Source: an uncultured Poribacteria bacterium (GTDB lineage Bacteria > Poribacteria > WGA-4E > WGA-3G). From it: a stretch of DNA of 64,000 nt. The notes beneath the pieces are model-generated. The model worked only from the letters and a program-made list of their open reading frames with translations, had not been told where the DNA came from and searched no databases. The translations under genes were made by a program, and so were the position numbers. Positions 46,173-55,789 of this stretch are shown one piece after another. The stretch lies in assembly GCA_958296135.2 (NCBI GenBank), contig CATQHZ020000001.1, positions 3,744,001-3,808,000 on the forward strand, read 5' to 3'. Each line of letters begins with the position of its first letter. Positions within the stretch are counted from its first letter, which is position 1.

Positions 46173-48452
46173 ATGCCGAAATCACTCGTCGTTGTTGAAT
46201 CGCCGGCGAAAGCGAAAACCATCAAAAAGATTTTAGGCAGGGATTACATCGTTGAATCCTCTGTCGGGCATATCCGCGATTTGCCGAAAAAAGAGCTCGG
46301 TGTCGATATCGAAAACGCCTTCACGCCCAAATATGTCCGCATCCGCGGGAAGGGGAAGGTGATTAAGGCACTGACAGAATCGGCGCGGAAGGTAGATACC
46401 ATCTACCTCGCCGCTGACCCGGACCGGGAGGGCGAGGCCATTTGTTGGCACCTCGCCGAGGAATTGAAGAAGGCGAAGAAGCCCATCCATCGCATCGTCT
46501 ATAACGAAGTTACCAAAGGCGCGATTTTAGAGGCTATCCAGGCTCCGGGGCAGATTGACATGGCACTCGTTGATGCGCAACAGGCTCGGCGCATTTTAGA
46601 CCGGCTCGTCGGATACCAGATCAGCCCGATTTTGTGGCGAAGCGTCAAACCAGGGCTGAGTGCCGGCCGGGTGCAGTCTGTTGCCGTACGGCTCATCTGC
46701 GAACGCGAGGCAGAAATTGAGGCGTTCAAACCACAGGAATATTGGACGCTCACCGCCACGTTGTCGCCGATGGAAAAGGAGCATCTGTTCCTCGCGAAAC
46801 TACATCGTATCGGGAAAGAGAAGGGGCAGATTAACAACTACGGCTTTCTCATCGATGCGGCGCGTGCCAAAGCACTCGCCGCCGACGCGCAGACGCAACC
46901 CTATATCGTCGAAAAGGTGAAGAAACAGGAGCGGAAACAACGCCCGGTGCCACCTTTTATCACGAGTAGTTTGCAACAGGAGGCGGCCCGCAAACTCCGA
47001 TTTACGGCGAAAAGGACGATGCGCATCGCACAACAACTCTATGAGGGACTTGAACTCGGGAGTGAAGGCTCCGTGGGCCTCATCACCTACATGCGCACCG
47101 ACTCAACGCGCATCGCACAAGAGGCACTTGTTTCCGCGCGCGAATTCATCAAAACAACTTACGGTACGGACTATCTGCCAGCGCGCGCCGTGCAGTATCG
47201 AACCAAAAAAGGCGCGCAAGACGCGCACGAGGCGGTGCGGCCGAGTGTGCCATTGCGCACACCCGCGTCACTGAAACCGTATCTCAACGATGAGCAGTAT
47301 CGCCTCTACGAACTCATTTGGATGCGGTTCATTGCAAGCCAAATGAAGCCTGCCCTTTTTGACGCGACGACAATTGATATAAAAGCCGGGCAGTATCTCT
47401 TCCGGGCGACCGGCGCTGTCATGAAGTTTAAGGGGTTCCGGAGCGTCTACATGGAGGGAGAAGACGATGTCACTGCCGATGGCGATACCGAAGCAAACGT
47501 CTCCCTCCCCATCGTCAAGGAGGGCGATAGGCTCGATTTGCGCAAGTTGGTGCCGAAGCAACACTTCACGCAGCCGCCACCCCGTTACAACGAAGCAACG
47601 CTAGTCAAGGCACTGGAGGCGAAGGAAATCGGCCGCCCAAGCACTTACGCGACAATCCTCTCCACTATCCAAGACCGGGGATACGTGGAGAAAGACCGGG
47701 GCCGCCTGCTACCGACAGACATCGGAAGGCTTGTTAATCAACTCCTCATCCACGGCTTTCCCAACATCGTTGATGTAGAATTCACGGCGAAGATGGAGGA
47801 GCAACTGGATACCGTCGCCGATGGCAAAGTAGCATGGGTGCGGACGTTAGGCGAGTTCTACCCCTCGTTCCAAACCGCACTGAAAGAAGCACCCGACAAA
47901 ATGTATGAGGCGCGCAAAGCGATGGAAACCGAATCCGAGGAGATATGCGAGAAGTGTGGCGGCAAAATGATTATCAAGTGGGGCCGTTATGGGCGGTTCC
48001 TCGGGTGCGCGAACTATCCGGAGTGCCAAAACATCAAACGCTTGAACGGCGATGACACCGCGTCTGCTGAACCGGAACCCACCGACACTCAGTGCGATAA
48101 GTGCGGCTCGCCGATGGTTATCAAGGTGAGCCGCGCGGGTGCCAAGTTTTTATCGTGCAGCGGCTACCCGAAATGCAAAAACGCGAAGCCGCTCCCGATA
48201 GGTATTGACTGCCCGGAGAAAACCTGCGACGGCTACCTCGGTGAACGACGCACGCGCCGGGGCAAAATCTTCTACGGCTGCAGCAATTATCCGAAGTGCG
48301 AGTTTTCGACGTGGGACAAACCGGTTACGGGGCCTTGCCCGGCATGCAACGCACCGATTCTCGTTGAGAGAACCCGAAAACTGAAGGGGAGCGAAGAGGA
48401 GGCAACGCACCTCGCCTGCCACTCGAAAGCGTGTGGGTATACGAACCAATAA
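46173..48452 (+). CDS. topA: DNA topoisomerase I
   Basis: VESPAKAKTI, DPDREGEAI, SAGRVQS, ITYMRTDS and QDAHEA; C-terminal Zn ribbons. Confidence 0.97.
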   Translation: MPKSLVVVESPAKAKTIKKILGRDYIVESSVGHIRDLPKKELGVDIENAFTPKYVRIRGKGKVIKALTESARKVDTIYLAADPDREGEAICWHLAEELKKAKKPIHRIVYNEVTKGAILEAIQAPGQIDMALVDAQQARRILDRLVGYQISPILWRSVKPGLSAGRVQSVAVRLICEREAEIEAFKPQEYWTLTATLSPMEKEHLFLAKLHRIGKEKGQINNYGFLIDAARAKALAADAQTQPYIVEKVKKQERKQRPVPPFITSSLQQEAARKLRFTAKRTMRIAQQLYEGLELGSEGSVGLITYMRTDSTRIAQEALVSAREFIKTTYGTDYLPARAVQYRTKKGAQDAHEAVRPSVPLRTPASLKPYLNDEQYRLYELIWMRFIASQMKPALFDATTIDIKAGQYLFRATGAVMKFKGFRSVYMEGEDDVTADGDTEANVSLPIVKEGDRLDLRKLVPKQHFTQPPPRYNEATLVKALEAKEIGRPSTYATILSTIQDRGYVEKDRGRLLPTDIGRLVNQLLIHGFPNIVDVEFTAKMEEQLDTVADGKVAWVRTLGEFYPSFQTALKEAPDKMYEARKAMETESEEICEKCGGKMIIKWGRYGRFLGCANYPECQNIKRLNGDDTASAEPEPTDTQCDKCGSPMVIKVSRAGAKFLSCSGYPKCKNAKPLPIGIDCPEKTCDGYLGERRTRRGKIFYGCSNYPKCEFSTWDKPVTGPCPACNAPILVERTRKLKGSEEEATHLACHSKACGYTNQ

Positions 48453-48509
48453 ATGAGACGCGGCAAAAATCGCCCGAGCCCGCAGTGCCAGGGCCTGTCC
48501 CTCGCAAAC

Positions 48510-48768
48510 CCGCGCGCCACAGTCTCGATACCGATGCACCCGGTAGGAGAAACCTCCTGCTCTCGAACTGGAGAAAAACAGGCCCGCGCGCCACAGTCTC
48601 GATACCGATGCACCCGGTAGGAGAAACCTCCTGCTCTCGAACTGGAGAAAAACAGGCCCGCGCGCCACAGTCTCGATACCGATGCACCCGGTAGGAGAAA
48701 CCTCCTGCTCTCGAACTGGAGAGACCTTGAGGTAGGAGAAACCTCCCAGTCTCGAACTGGAGAAAAAA
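48510..48768. repeat. 74-bp tandem REP array
   Basis: Units at 48511, 48585 and 48659, each with GTAGGAGAAACCTCCTGCTCTCGAACTGGAG. Confidence 0.9.
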
Positions 48769-48769
48769 A

Positions 48770-49417
48770 ATGATCCAAGTCCACCAAGTCAGTTTCAGTT
48801 ATGGCGAACTGAGCGTGCTTGAAACAGTCAGCTTTCGGTTGGAACGCGGCGAATTCGCCTTCCTCGTCGGACCGAGTGGCGCGGGGAAGACAACCCTGCT
48901 CCGGCTGTTATACCGCGACCTCGTGCCAACAGCGGGCGACCTGAGCGTCATCGGACAACCCTTATCGGAACTGACCCGGTTAAGTCTTCCCTACTTTCGG
49001 CAGAAAATCGGGCTTGTCTTTCAAGACTTCAAGTTTGTGCCGCATAAGACTGTTCATCAAAATCTCGCGCTGCCCCAGAAATTGATAGGCGCGAAGCCGG
49101 CGACGCTCCGGGAGAATGTGAACAAACTCCTGCATCAGATGGGGCTTGCGCACCATAAAGCGGCGCGGCCGGCAGATATCTCCGGGAACGAACGGCAGCG
49201 GCTGGCCATCGCGAGAGCAGTTATCAACCGGCCGCTGTTGCTGCTCGCTGATGCACCGACAGCGGATTTAGACGCACGCCTCTCCCTTGAAATGATGGCA
49301 CTCCTTGATGCCTTGAATTTCCAAGGAATGACTATCCTCATCGCAACGAGTGACAAACAACTTGCACAAAAATGCAATAAGCGGATTATTGAACTGAGAG
49401 ACGGTAGTATTCGTTGA
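48770..49417 (+). CDS. ftsE: Cell division ABC ATPase FtsE (degenerate motifs)
   Basis: GPSGAGKTT, RQKIGLVFQDF and QRLAIARAV; adjacent to ftsX. Confidence 0.8.
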   Translation: MIQVHQVSFSYGELSVLETVSFRLERGEFAFLVGPSGAGKTTLLRLLYRDLVPTAGDLSVIGQPLSELTRLSLPYFRQKIGLVFQDFKFVPHKTVHQNLALPQKLIGAKPATLRENVNKLLHQMGLAHHKAARPADISGNERQRLAIARAVINRPLLLLADAPTADLDARLSLEMMALLDALNFQGMTILIATSDKQLAQKCNKRIIELRDGSIR

Positions 49418-49601
49418 TTTTCTCTTTTGTTGTTTCTCGCGATGGTTTGACGTTGGCTTGGAGAAGTGTCTCTCGGGCTCAGGCGAGCCCGAACTACAGC
49501 CCGTCAGGACGTTGTTTTTTCTTGCAGGCTTTGGCTAAGGGTTGCAAGTCGGCCCGTTCCGTCAACGTAGACTTCCGAGGCTAAAAAACCTGTTCCAAAA
49601 C

Positions 49602-50465
49602 ATGCGCTATCATCTGGAAAACGCCTTCTCTCATATCATGCATGCAGGCATCGCAAATCTGATGAGCCTTCTCAGCATCGCGTTTACGATTGTGCTGCTC
49701 ACAATCTTATTGCTCAACCACACTTTTATTGCACAGCAGCTGACATTGGCGAAAGACGCGCCGACGCTCGTCGCATTTCTCAAGGACACCGTCAACGAGC
49801 CAAAAGGACGCGCGTTCGTAAGCCACATTGAGAAAGACGAACGCATCAGCAGTGTGTATTATGTCTCAAAGTCAGAAGAACTCGCACGCGGCGAAACCAA
49901 ATTTAAGGATGTAGGCCGCCTCATTAAAGAGGCTTTTCCCGGAGTTATCCCTTTTCAAGCCTCACTTGAAATTTATATAGACGAAGAGATTGTAACACGG
50001 CGAGCCTTAGAACAAATCGCTTTGGATATTAAAGCGTATGACGAAATCGAGGATGTCATGCTGAAGGGACAAGGCGTGCTGAACGAGTTGTTGCGCGACG
50101 CGGCGCGGCTAACGTTCGCCGCACTTGCTGTCGCCATCGCGATATGCTGGCTGATTATCCGTCACACCGTCGGAAAGACGCTGGCAGCCCGCAAGGACGA
50201 ACTCGCACTCATGGAACTCCTCGGCGCGTTCCCGCGCTACTTCCTCATTCCGCTCCTCATGCACGGGATTTTCCTGGGCGCGTTCGGAACAGGATGTGGA
50301 CTCGGCGTTTTCTACGGCTTGTTTGTCATGTTCAGATATCAACTGGGCGCGGTGCATGTTCTACCGATTTATCAGCCGATTGCCATCGTCATCGGTGGCA
50401 TAACAATTGGCATAATCGCCGGTATCTTCGCGCACAGGAAATTAACGCAAGGAAATGAAAAATGA
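49602..50465 (+). CDS. ftsX: FtsX-like permease
   Basis: One TM, then an extracellular domain (YVSK.E.L), then three TMs with RKDELALMELLGA. Confidence 0.8.
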   Translation: MRYHLENAFSHIMHAGIANLMSLLSIAFTIVLLTILLLNHTFIAQQLTLAKDAPTLVAFLKDTVNEPKGRAFVSHIEKDERISSVYYVSKSEELARGETKFKDVGRLIKEAFPGVIPFQASLEIYIDEEIVTRRALEQIALDIKAYDEIEDVMLKGQGVLNELLRDAARLTFAALAVAIAICWLIIRHTVGKTLAARKDELALMELLGAFPRYFLIPLLMHGIFLGAFGTGCGLGVFYGLFVMFRYQLGAVHVLPIYQPIAIVIGGITIGIIAGIFAHRKLTQGNEK

Positions 50466-52168
50466 AAAATCGTGACATCAGTGCCATCTTCAGAGCCATC
50501 GGCGCGCTTTTGCAAATCCGCGGTGACGATGCCTACCGCGCACGCATTTACGAACGCGCCGCCGACATCATTGATGGCTTAGCCCGTGAACTCGCTGAGA
50601 TGCACACCCTAGCAGAATTCCGCGCCATACCCGGCATCGGCAAAGCCATTGAAGACAAAACAGCCGAAATGATTGAAACGGGACGCTGCAAATTCTACGA
50701 TGAACTCACGACTGAAATGGGGACAGAAGTGTTGGAGTTGTTGGAAATCCGCGGCATCGGCGTGAAAACCGCCAGCAGGTTCTATAACGAACTCGGCATC
50801 CGAAACATCGATGACCTCGGGGAAGCACTAGACAGTGGACAACTCAGAAGAATGAAGGGCACCGGCAAGAAAAGCCTGAAACTCATCGCCGAAAGCTTGA
50901 AGTTTCACGCAGAACAGAAGGGGACACGGCCACTGCAGGATGCACTGAACATTGCCGAACGGCTTGCCGAACTTGTGAAAACGGCACGGATAAAACGCCA
51001 CGAATTCACCGGCGCGCTACGCCGACGCGAAGAAATCTGTCGCGGCATCGACATGGTTGTGGAGGCCGATGGAGAAATAGGGGCTACCCAGCAATCGCTA
51101 CTAGAACTTATTGGCGAAGATGCCTCGGTGCCGGACAGGGATACCAACTGCATTCAATTCCACATCAATCGGGATTTTCCGGTGACTCTCCATATCTGCA
51201 CCGCTGACGCATACAATGCAACGCGCTTCCGCACCACTGCCACCGAGGAACATCTCGCCGCACTCCCTCAGACTGAAGAAGGTAAGGGCGGATGTCTCTA
51301 TCCGCCCACCCCCGATACGGAAGCCGCCATCTATCAAAAAATGGGTTTACCCTATATTCCCCCGGAACTCCGAGGGGATGCAGACTCCATCACCGCAGCG
51401 GCGGAAGGCACCTTGCCCCGGCTTGTGGCACGCAGCGACTTACGCGGCGATCTTCACGCACACACCGACTGGAGTGACGGCCGAAACACCCTCCGAGACA
51501 TGGTAGAAGCGGCGAAAGCGGCAGGGTTTGAATACATCGCCATCACCGATCATTCTGTCTCCTCTACCGTTGCCAAAGGGTTAGACAGAGAACGGTTGTT
51601 GCGCCAGATCGAACAAGTTCGCGAGTTGGACGCAGAGATTGAGGGCATCACAGTGCTTGCCGGTTCGGAGGTGGATATTCGCGAATATGGGCACCTCGAT
51701 TTTCCGGAGAGAATTTTGGAGCAACTGGATATCGTCGTCGCAAGCGTTCACAGTCATTTCTCGCTTTCGGAAGAACGGATGACGCAGCGTATCGTTCGCG
51801 CGATTGAGAGCCCGTTCGTCCACATTATTGGGCATCCTACTGGCAGGTTGCTTGGCAGACGGCCGATGTATCCGCTCAATCTTGAGGAGATTATTGCAGC
51901 CGCCGCAGCAAACGGGACGGTGTTGGAAATCAACAGTGCCCCGAGCCGCTTGGATCTGGGGCCTGAATTTGTTCGTCAGGCGAAGCGCGCCGGAGTGCAG
52001 TTAGCAGTCAACACAGATGCGCATGCGATTGCGCAACTAGAGCATCGTCGTTTCGGCATTAACGTCGCCCGTCGCGGATGGCTGACGAAAGCGGAAGTCA
52101 TCAATACCTATACTTTGGATGAACTCAACGCGGCGTTCGGCATCGGAAGCAGTCGCCAAAGAAAGTAG
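50462..52168 (+). CDS. polX: DNA polymerase X/PHP exonuclease
   Basis: IPGIGK HhH, YIPPELR, DLHAHTDWSDG, ITDHS, GHPTGR and NTDAH. Confidence 0.92.
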   Translation: MKNRDISAIFRAIGALLQIRGDDAYRARIYERAADIIDGLARELAEMHTLAEFRAIPGIGKAIEDKTAEMIETGRCKFYDELTTEMGTEVLELLEIRGIGVKTASRFYNELGIRNIDDLGEALDSGQLRRMKGTGKKSLKLIAESLKFHAEQKGTRPLQDALNIAERLAELVKTARIKRHEFTGALRRREEICRGIDMVVEADGEIGATQQSLLELIGEDASVPDRDTNCIQFHINRDFPVTLHICTADAYNATRFRTTATEEHLAALPQTEEGKGGCLYPPTPDTEAAIYQKMGLPYIPPELRGDADSITAAAEGTLPRLVARSDLRGDLHAHTDWSDGRNTLRDMVEAAKAAGFEYIAITDHSVSSTVAKGLDRERLLRQIEQVRELDAEIEGITVLAGSEVDIREYGHLDFPERILEQLDIVVASVHSHFSLSEERMTQRIVRAIESPFVHIIGHPTGRLLGRRPMYPLNLEEIIAAAAANGTVLEINSAPSRLDLGPEFVRQAKRAGVQLAVNTDAHAIAQLEHRRFGINVARRGWLTKAEVINTYTLDELNAAFGIGSSRQRK

Positions 52169-52200
52169 CCCGTAACTCGTGATACATGTATGGTTTTCTG

Positions 52201-52530
52201 ATGCAGATTACTTCGTCACAAAAACTGAACGATTTTTCCCAGAGACATCCGAACAGCAAACCGGGCCTGGCTCGCTGGCGTGAATTGATAGCGCAAGCCA
52301 ATTTCAATTCAATCGTTGCTGTGCGTGAAGTGTTTCCGCACGCCGATCTGGTGAAGAAGAACGTGTCTACGCCACTCGGACAACCTGCACGCGAAATGAC
52401 ATATACCGTGTTCAACATTGGCGGCAACAAAACACGCCTCGTTACAACAATCCGATATGAATTACGACGTATTCGCGTCCATTATGTGTTCACGCACGCC
52501 GAGTATGAGAAATGGCTCAAGAGAGGTTAA
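52201..52530 (+). CDS. higB: HigB-family toxin
   Basis: FPHAD, TVFNIGGNKTRLV and THAEYEK. Confidence 0.85.
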   Translation: MQITSSQKLNDFSQRHPNSKPGLARWRELIAQANFNSIVAVREVFPHADLVKKNVSTPLGQPAREMTYTVFNIGGNKTRLVTTIRYELRRIRVHYVFTHAEYEKWLKRG

Positions 52531-52536
52531 GAACCC

Positions 52537-53526
52537 ATGTTAAGTCCGATACAAACCACGCAAAATGTATTACCGTTGCCGATTCTTTCTGTCTCCGCTG
52601 AAGTGAATCCGCCAGAGCCCTTTGTTTCGCAGCAGTCTCACTTACCGGAAGTGAATCACGTTCCTGAGGCAGCCCTCCTTCCGGAAGATTCAATTCCCTG
52701 GCTGCTAAGCGTCCAAGAGCTGCTAACCGAGCTCGTGAGTCGGAACGCCGCTCTCCGCTGCGTCACGGTGACAGAAGATGAATACGAACACCTCTCCGCA
52801 ATAATAGACGAGTTAACTTGGAGTGTTGGGGATGATGAAACGCATCCCTTAGCCGCCGCAGAAGCATGTGTCGGTGATTTTATGAGGAATTACGAAGATA
52901 AAAACTTCCCCAAAATGAGGGACCTCTGGCCGGAACTCCGCGAACAGGACCCGATTATCCAAGAAATTCTCGACAAGACCGGGGCGAATAAGAGGCACCT
53001 TTACGTCCCCACAGAAGAAGAGGTGGCCATTGATGCCTTTTTCGGCCTTGGAGGCTACCTGTGGGAAAAGGGACTGGGAGAACAAGCCATCTCGGCTTAC
53101 GACACGGCTCTCCACCTGAAACCCGATTATGCAGCGGCTTATTGCAACCGCGGGAGTATCCATTACGCCCTCGGCAACCACGCGGCGGCGATCCAGGATT
53201 ACAACGAAGCCATCCAACTACAGCCAGAGCGGGTAGAAGGCCATTTTAACCGCGCCGTGACGAAGTTTCAGATGCAGGACTATGCCGATGCAATTCGCGA
53301 TTACGACGCGGCCCTCGCACGAAAACCGGATTATGCGGACGCTTATGTGGGCCGCGCCCACGCAAAATTCGCAATGCACCAGTACGCCGAAGCAACGCGC
53401 GACTACGATGAGGCACTGCGTCTCACTCCAAACGACGAGGTGCGTTACTATCGAAACATCGCGCAAGCCCGCGCAACAAACGGAGACTCGCCGCTTACAG
53501 AAGGAAACCAAAAGGAGCAAACATGA
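52537..53526 (+). CDS. HigA-like antitoxin segment fused to TPR repeats
   Basis: TEDEYE...IDEL..SVGDDETHPLA.....G.....YE, then about 4 TPRs (AI.DY..A..L.PDY). Confidence 0.7.
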   Translation: MLSPIQTTQNVLPLPILSVSAEVNPPEPFVSQQSHLPEVNHVPEAALLPEDSIPWLLSVQELLTELVSRNAALRCVTVTEDEYEHLSAIIDELTWSVGDDETHPLAAAEACVGDFMRNYEDKNFPKMRDLWPELREQDPIIQEILDKTGANKRHLYVPTEEEVAIDAFFGLGGYLWEKGLGEQAISAYDTALHLKPDYAAAYCNRGSIHYALGNHAAAIQDYNEAIQLQPERVEGHFNRAVTKFQMQDYADAIRDYDAALARKPDYADAYVGRAHAKFAMHQYAEATRDYDEALRLTPNDEVRYYRNIAQARATNGDSPLTEGNQKEQT

Positions 53527-55469
53527 AAACACTGACACACCTTGCACCCGCAAAACGCGCGATTATCATCGGTATGGACGGGGCAAGCATGGAACTCGTC
53601 AAAAACTCTATCGACTGGGGACACGCACCGAACATGGCACACCTGCTTAACACCGGCGTGTATCGCCCGATGATAGGCGTGTTCCCGACGCTCACACCAC
53701 CCGGCTGGACAGCACTCTCCACCGGCTCATGGCCCGGCACGCACAAGGTGATGGATTTTAACATCCGCGCCCTCGGCGAACAACTGGACAAGAGCGTATG
53801 GGGTATCAACACAGGGCTTTGTCAATCCGAATACCTGTGGAATCTCGTTGAACGTGCCGGCGGTAAACCGATTTTGGTAAAATGGGAGATGTCCTGGCCG
53901 CCCACCGTCAAAACGGGGATTCAGGTGGAGGGAACGGGCCCCGGGGTATCTAATCACCACCAGATTGCAGGGTATCACCTCTTCGTTGCCGGGAAATGGG
54001 CACCGCGTCCCATCGGCGGCCAACGCGATCCGGAAACCTTAGACCCGAGCGCGCTGCAGAAAATTCAACACATCGATCCTGTAGAAATCCAACCTGTCCC
54101 TCAGGCCCGCCAGGGAGAATTTCCATACCCGCCCTCAGAGAAGCCTGTGCTGGCAGTTGAATTGACTATCCAACCCTTAGCGCGCGGCAGAGAGGATATG
54201 AACCGCGGCGAAACTGGAACACCGAAACCGTTTTACGGGTTCATCTATGCCTCCGGCGAAAACGGATACGACAAAATACGCATCTGCCGAACCCGTTCCG
54301 GCGACGATGTCATCGCCGAACTCGGCGTGGGAGAGTGGAGTGACTGGTGGCTAGATGCTTTTGAAATCGATGGCGAAGAAGTGGAAGGCTACGTGCGGAT
54401 GAAGCTGGTAACGCTTACGCCGAACGCCGATGCGTTTGAGTTATTCGTGCCGCAGATCTGGCCCCGAGAGGGATACACGGTGCCTGCAGCTGTCGCGACG
54501 ACAATCGACGAAGAAATCGGTTCGTTCCTTCAGAATCCGGCGCGCGACGCGCTTGGGCAACTAGACGACGATACCTATTTTGAGCTGCTGGAGTATCACC
54601 ACCAACGCCTCGCCGATGTGGCAACGCACCTCGCCAAAAACAACGACGAGTGGGACGTGCTGATGGTAGAGACGCACGCGCCCGACTACGCCAGCCATTT
54701 CTTCCTCAGCCAAGCGGATGAAATCAGCGGTGCGGCTCCTGAAACCATCCACCGATGCCGTGAAGGCTTGCGCCGCACATACCAATCCGTCGATAGGATG
54801 ATAGGACGGTTGATGCAACTCGCCGATGAAGACACCGTCATCCTCGTCTGTTCCGACCACGGTGGCACGCCAAACCAATTCCGGGCTGTCGATATTGAGA
54901 AAGTGTTGGAGGAGACAGGATTCATCGTCCGCGCCGAAGATGGGGAGATTGACTGGAGCAAAACCCGCGCTGTCAATGTCGGCTTGGTGCATATCTTCAT
55001 CAACTTAGCTGGGCGCGAACCGAACGGCATCGTCGCACCGGCAGACTATGAGGCGACGCAACGTGAAATTATTGCAGCACTCCACGCTTATCAAGATGCA
55101 GAGACAGGAAGACATCCCTTTACCTTAGCGGTAACGCGCGCGGATGCGGAGATGCTCAATTTACACGGCGAGCTCGTTGGAGACGTTGTCTACGCGTTGC
55201 GGCCGGAGTTCGATGGCGCGCACGGGAAGCAGCTGCCTTCCGTCAGTTTCGGCATTGGTGGGCAGCATTCGACGTTTATTCTATCAGGTGCAGGCGTTCG
55301 GGAAGGTGTTGCTTTGCAGCGGCAAGTCCGCGTCGTTGATGTTGCGCCGACGCTTTGCTACTTGCTAGGACTCCCGATGCCAGCGAACGTCGAAGGCGGC
55401 GTGGTTTATGAAGCGTTAGAGGATGCGAATTGGCATTTGACGCGGCTGGCAGAATTGTCCAATCGTTAA
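53523..55469 (+). CDS. Alkaline phosphatase superfamily, type I phosphodiesterase/nucleotide pyrophosphatase
   Basis: IGMDG, PTLTPPGWT..STG, SDHG and VDVAPT. Confidence 0.85.
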   Translation: MKTLTHLAPAKRAIIIGMDGASMELVKNSIDWGHAPNMAHLLNTGVYRPMIGVFPTLTPPGWTALSTGSWPGTHKVMDFNIRALGEQLDKSVWGINTGLCQSEYLWNLVERAGGKPILVKWEMSWPPTVKTGIQVEGTGPGVSNHHQIAGYHLFVAGKWAPRPIGGQRDPETLDPSALQKIQHIDPVEIQPVPQARQGEFPYPPSEKPVLAVELTIQPLARGREDMNRGETGTPKPFYGFIYASGENGYDKIRICRTRSGDDVIAELGVGEWSDWWLDAFEIDGEEVEGYVRMKLVTLTPNADAFELFVPQIWPREGYTVPAAVATTIDEEIGSFLQNPARDALGQLDDDTYFELLEYHHQRLADVATHLAKNNDEWDVLMVETHAPDYASHFFLSQADEISGAAPETIHRCREGLRRTYQSVDRMIGRLMQLADEDTVILVCSDHGGTPNQFRAVDIEKVLEETGFIVRAEDGEIDWSKTRAVNVGLVHIFINLAGREPNGIVAPADYEATQREIIAALHAYQDAETGRHPFTLAVTRADAEMLNLHGELVGDVVYALRPEFDGAHGKQLPSVSFGIGGQHSTFILSGAGVREGVALQRQVRVVDVAPTLCYLLGLPMPANVEGGVVYEALEDANWHLTRLAELSNR

Positions 55470-55480
55470 ATCGCTCCATT

Positions 55481-55760
55481 CACCGTAGGGCGAGGCCCTG
55501 TGCCTCGCCATGCCACGTGCCACCTTTTCACCGTAGGGCGAGGTCTTGTGCCTCGCCATGCATCGGTCGACTCAAAAATGCCAGGCTCCGGACAGTTCTC
55601 TATCGAGCGAGGGATCGCGGCGGACAGTGGACATCTCTGCAGCGGGACTGCAGAGATGCCAGCGTTTCGGCGTGACGGCCACCGCCCTACGGACGGGAGG
55701 CGCCTCGGCTGTTTTTCGTTTCGAGCGGGAGACCGCGACAGACAAGCCCCGCGCTACGGT
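55481..55760. repeat. REP-like cluster with nested hairpin
   Basis: Two CACCGTAGGGCGAGG..TGTGCCTCGCC units, then the GGACATCTCTGCAGC..CTGCAGAGATG element. Confidence 0.8.
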
Positions 55761-55789
55761 AAAAGGCAGTAGGATTCGTTAAAAAAGTC

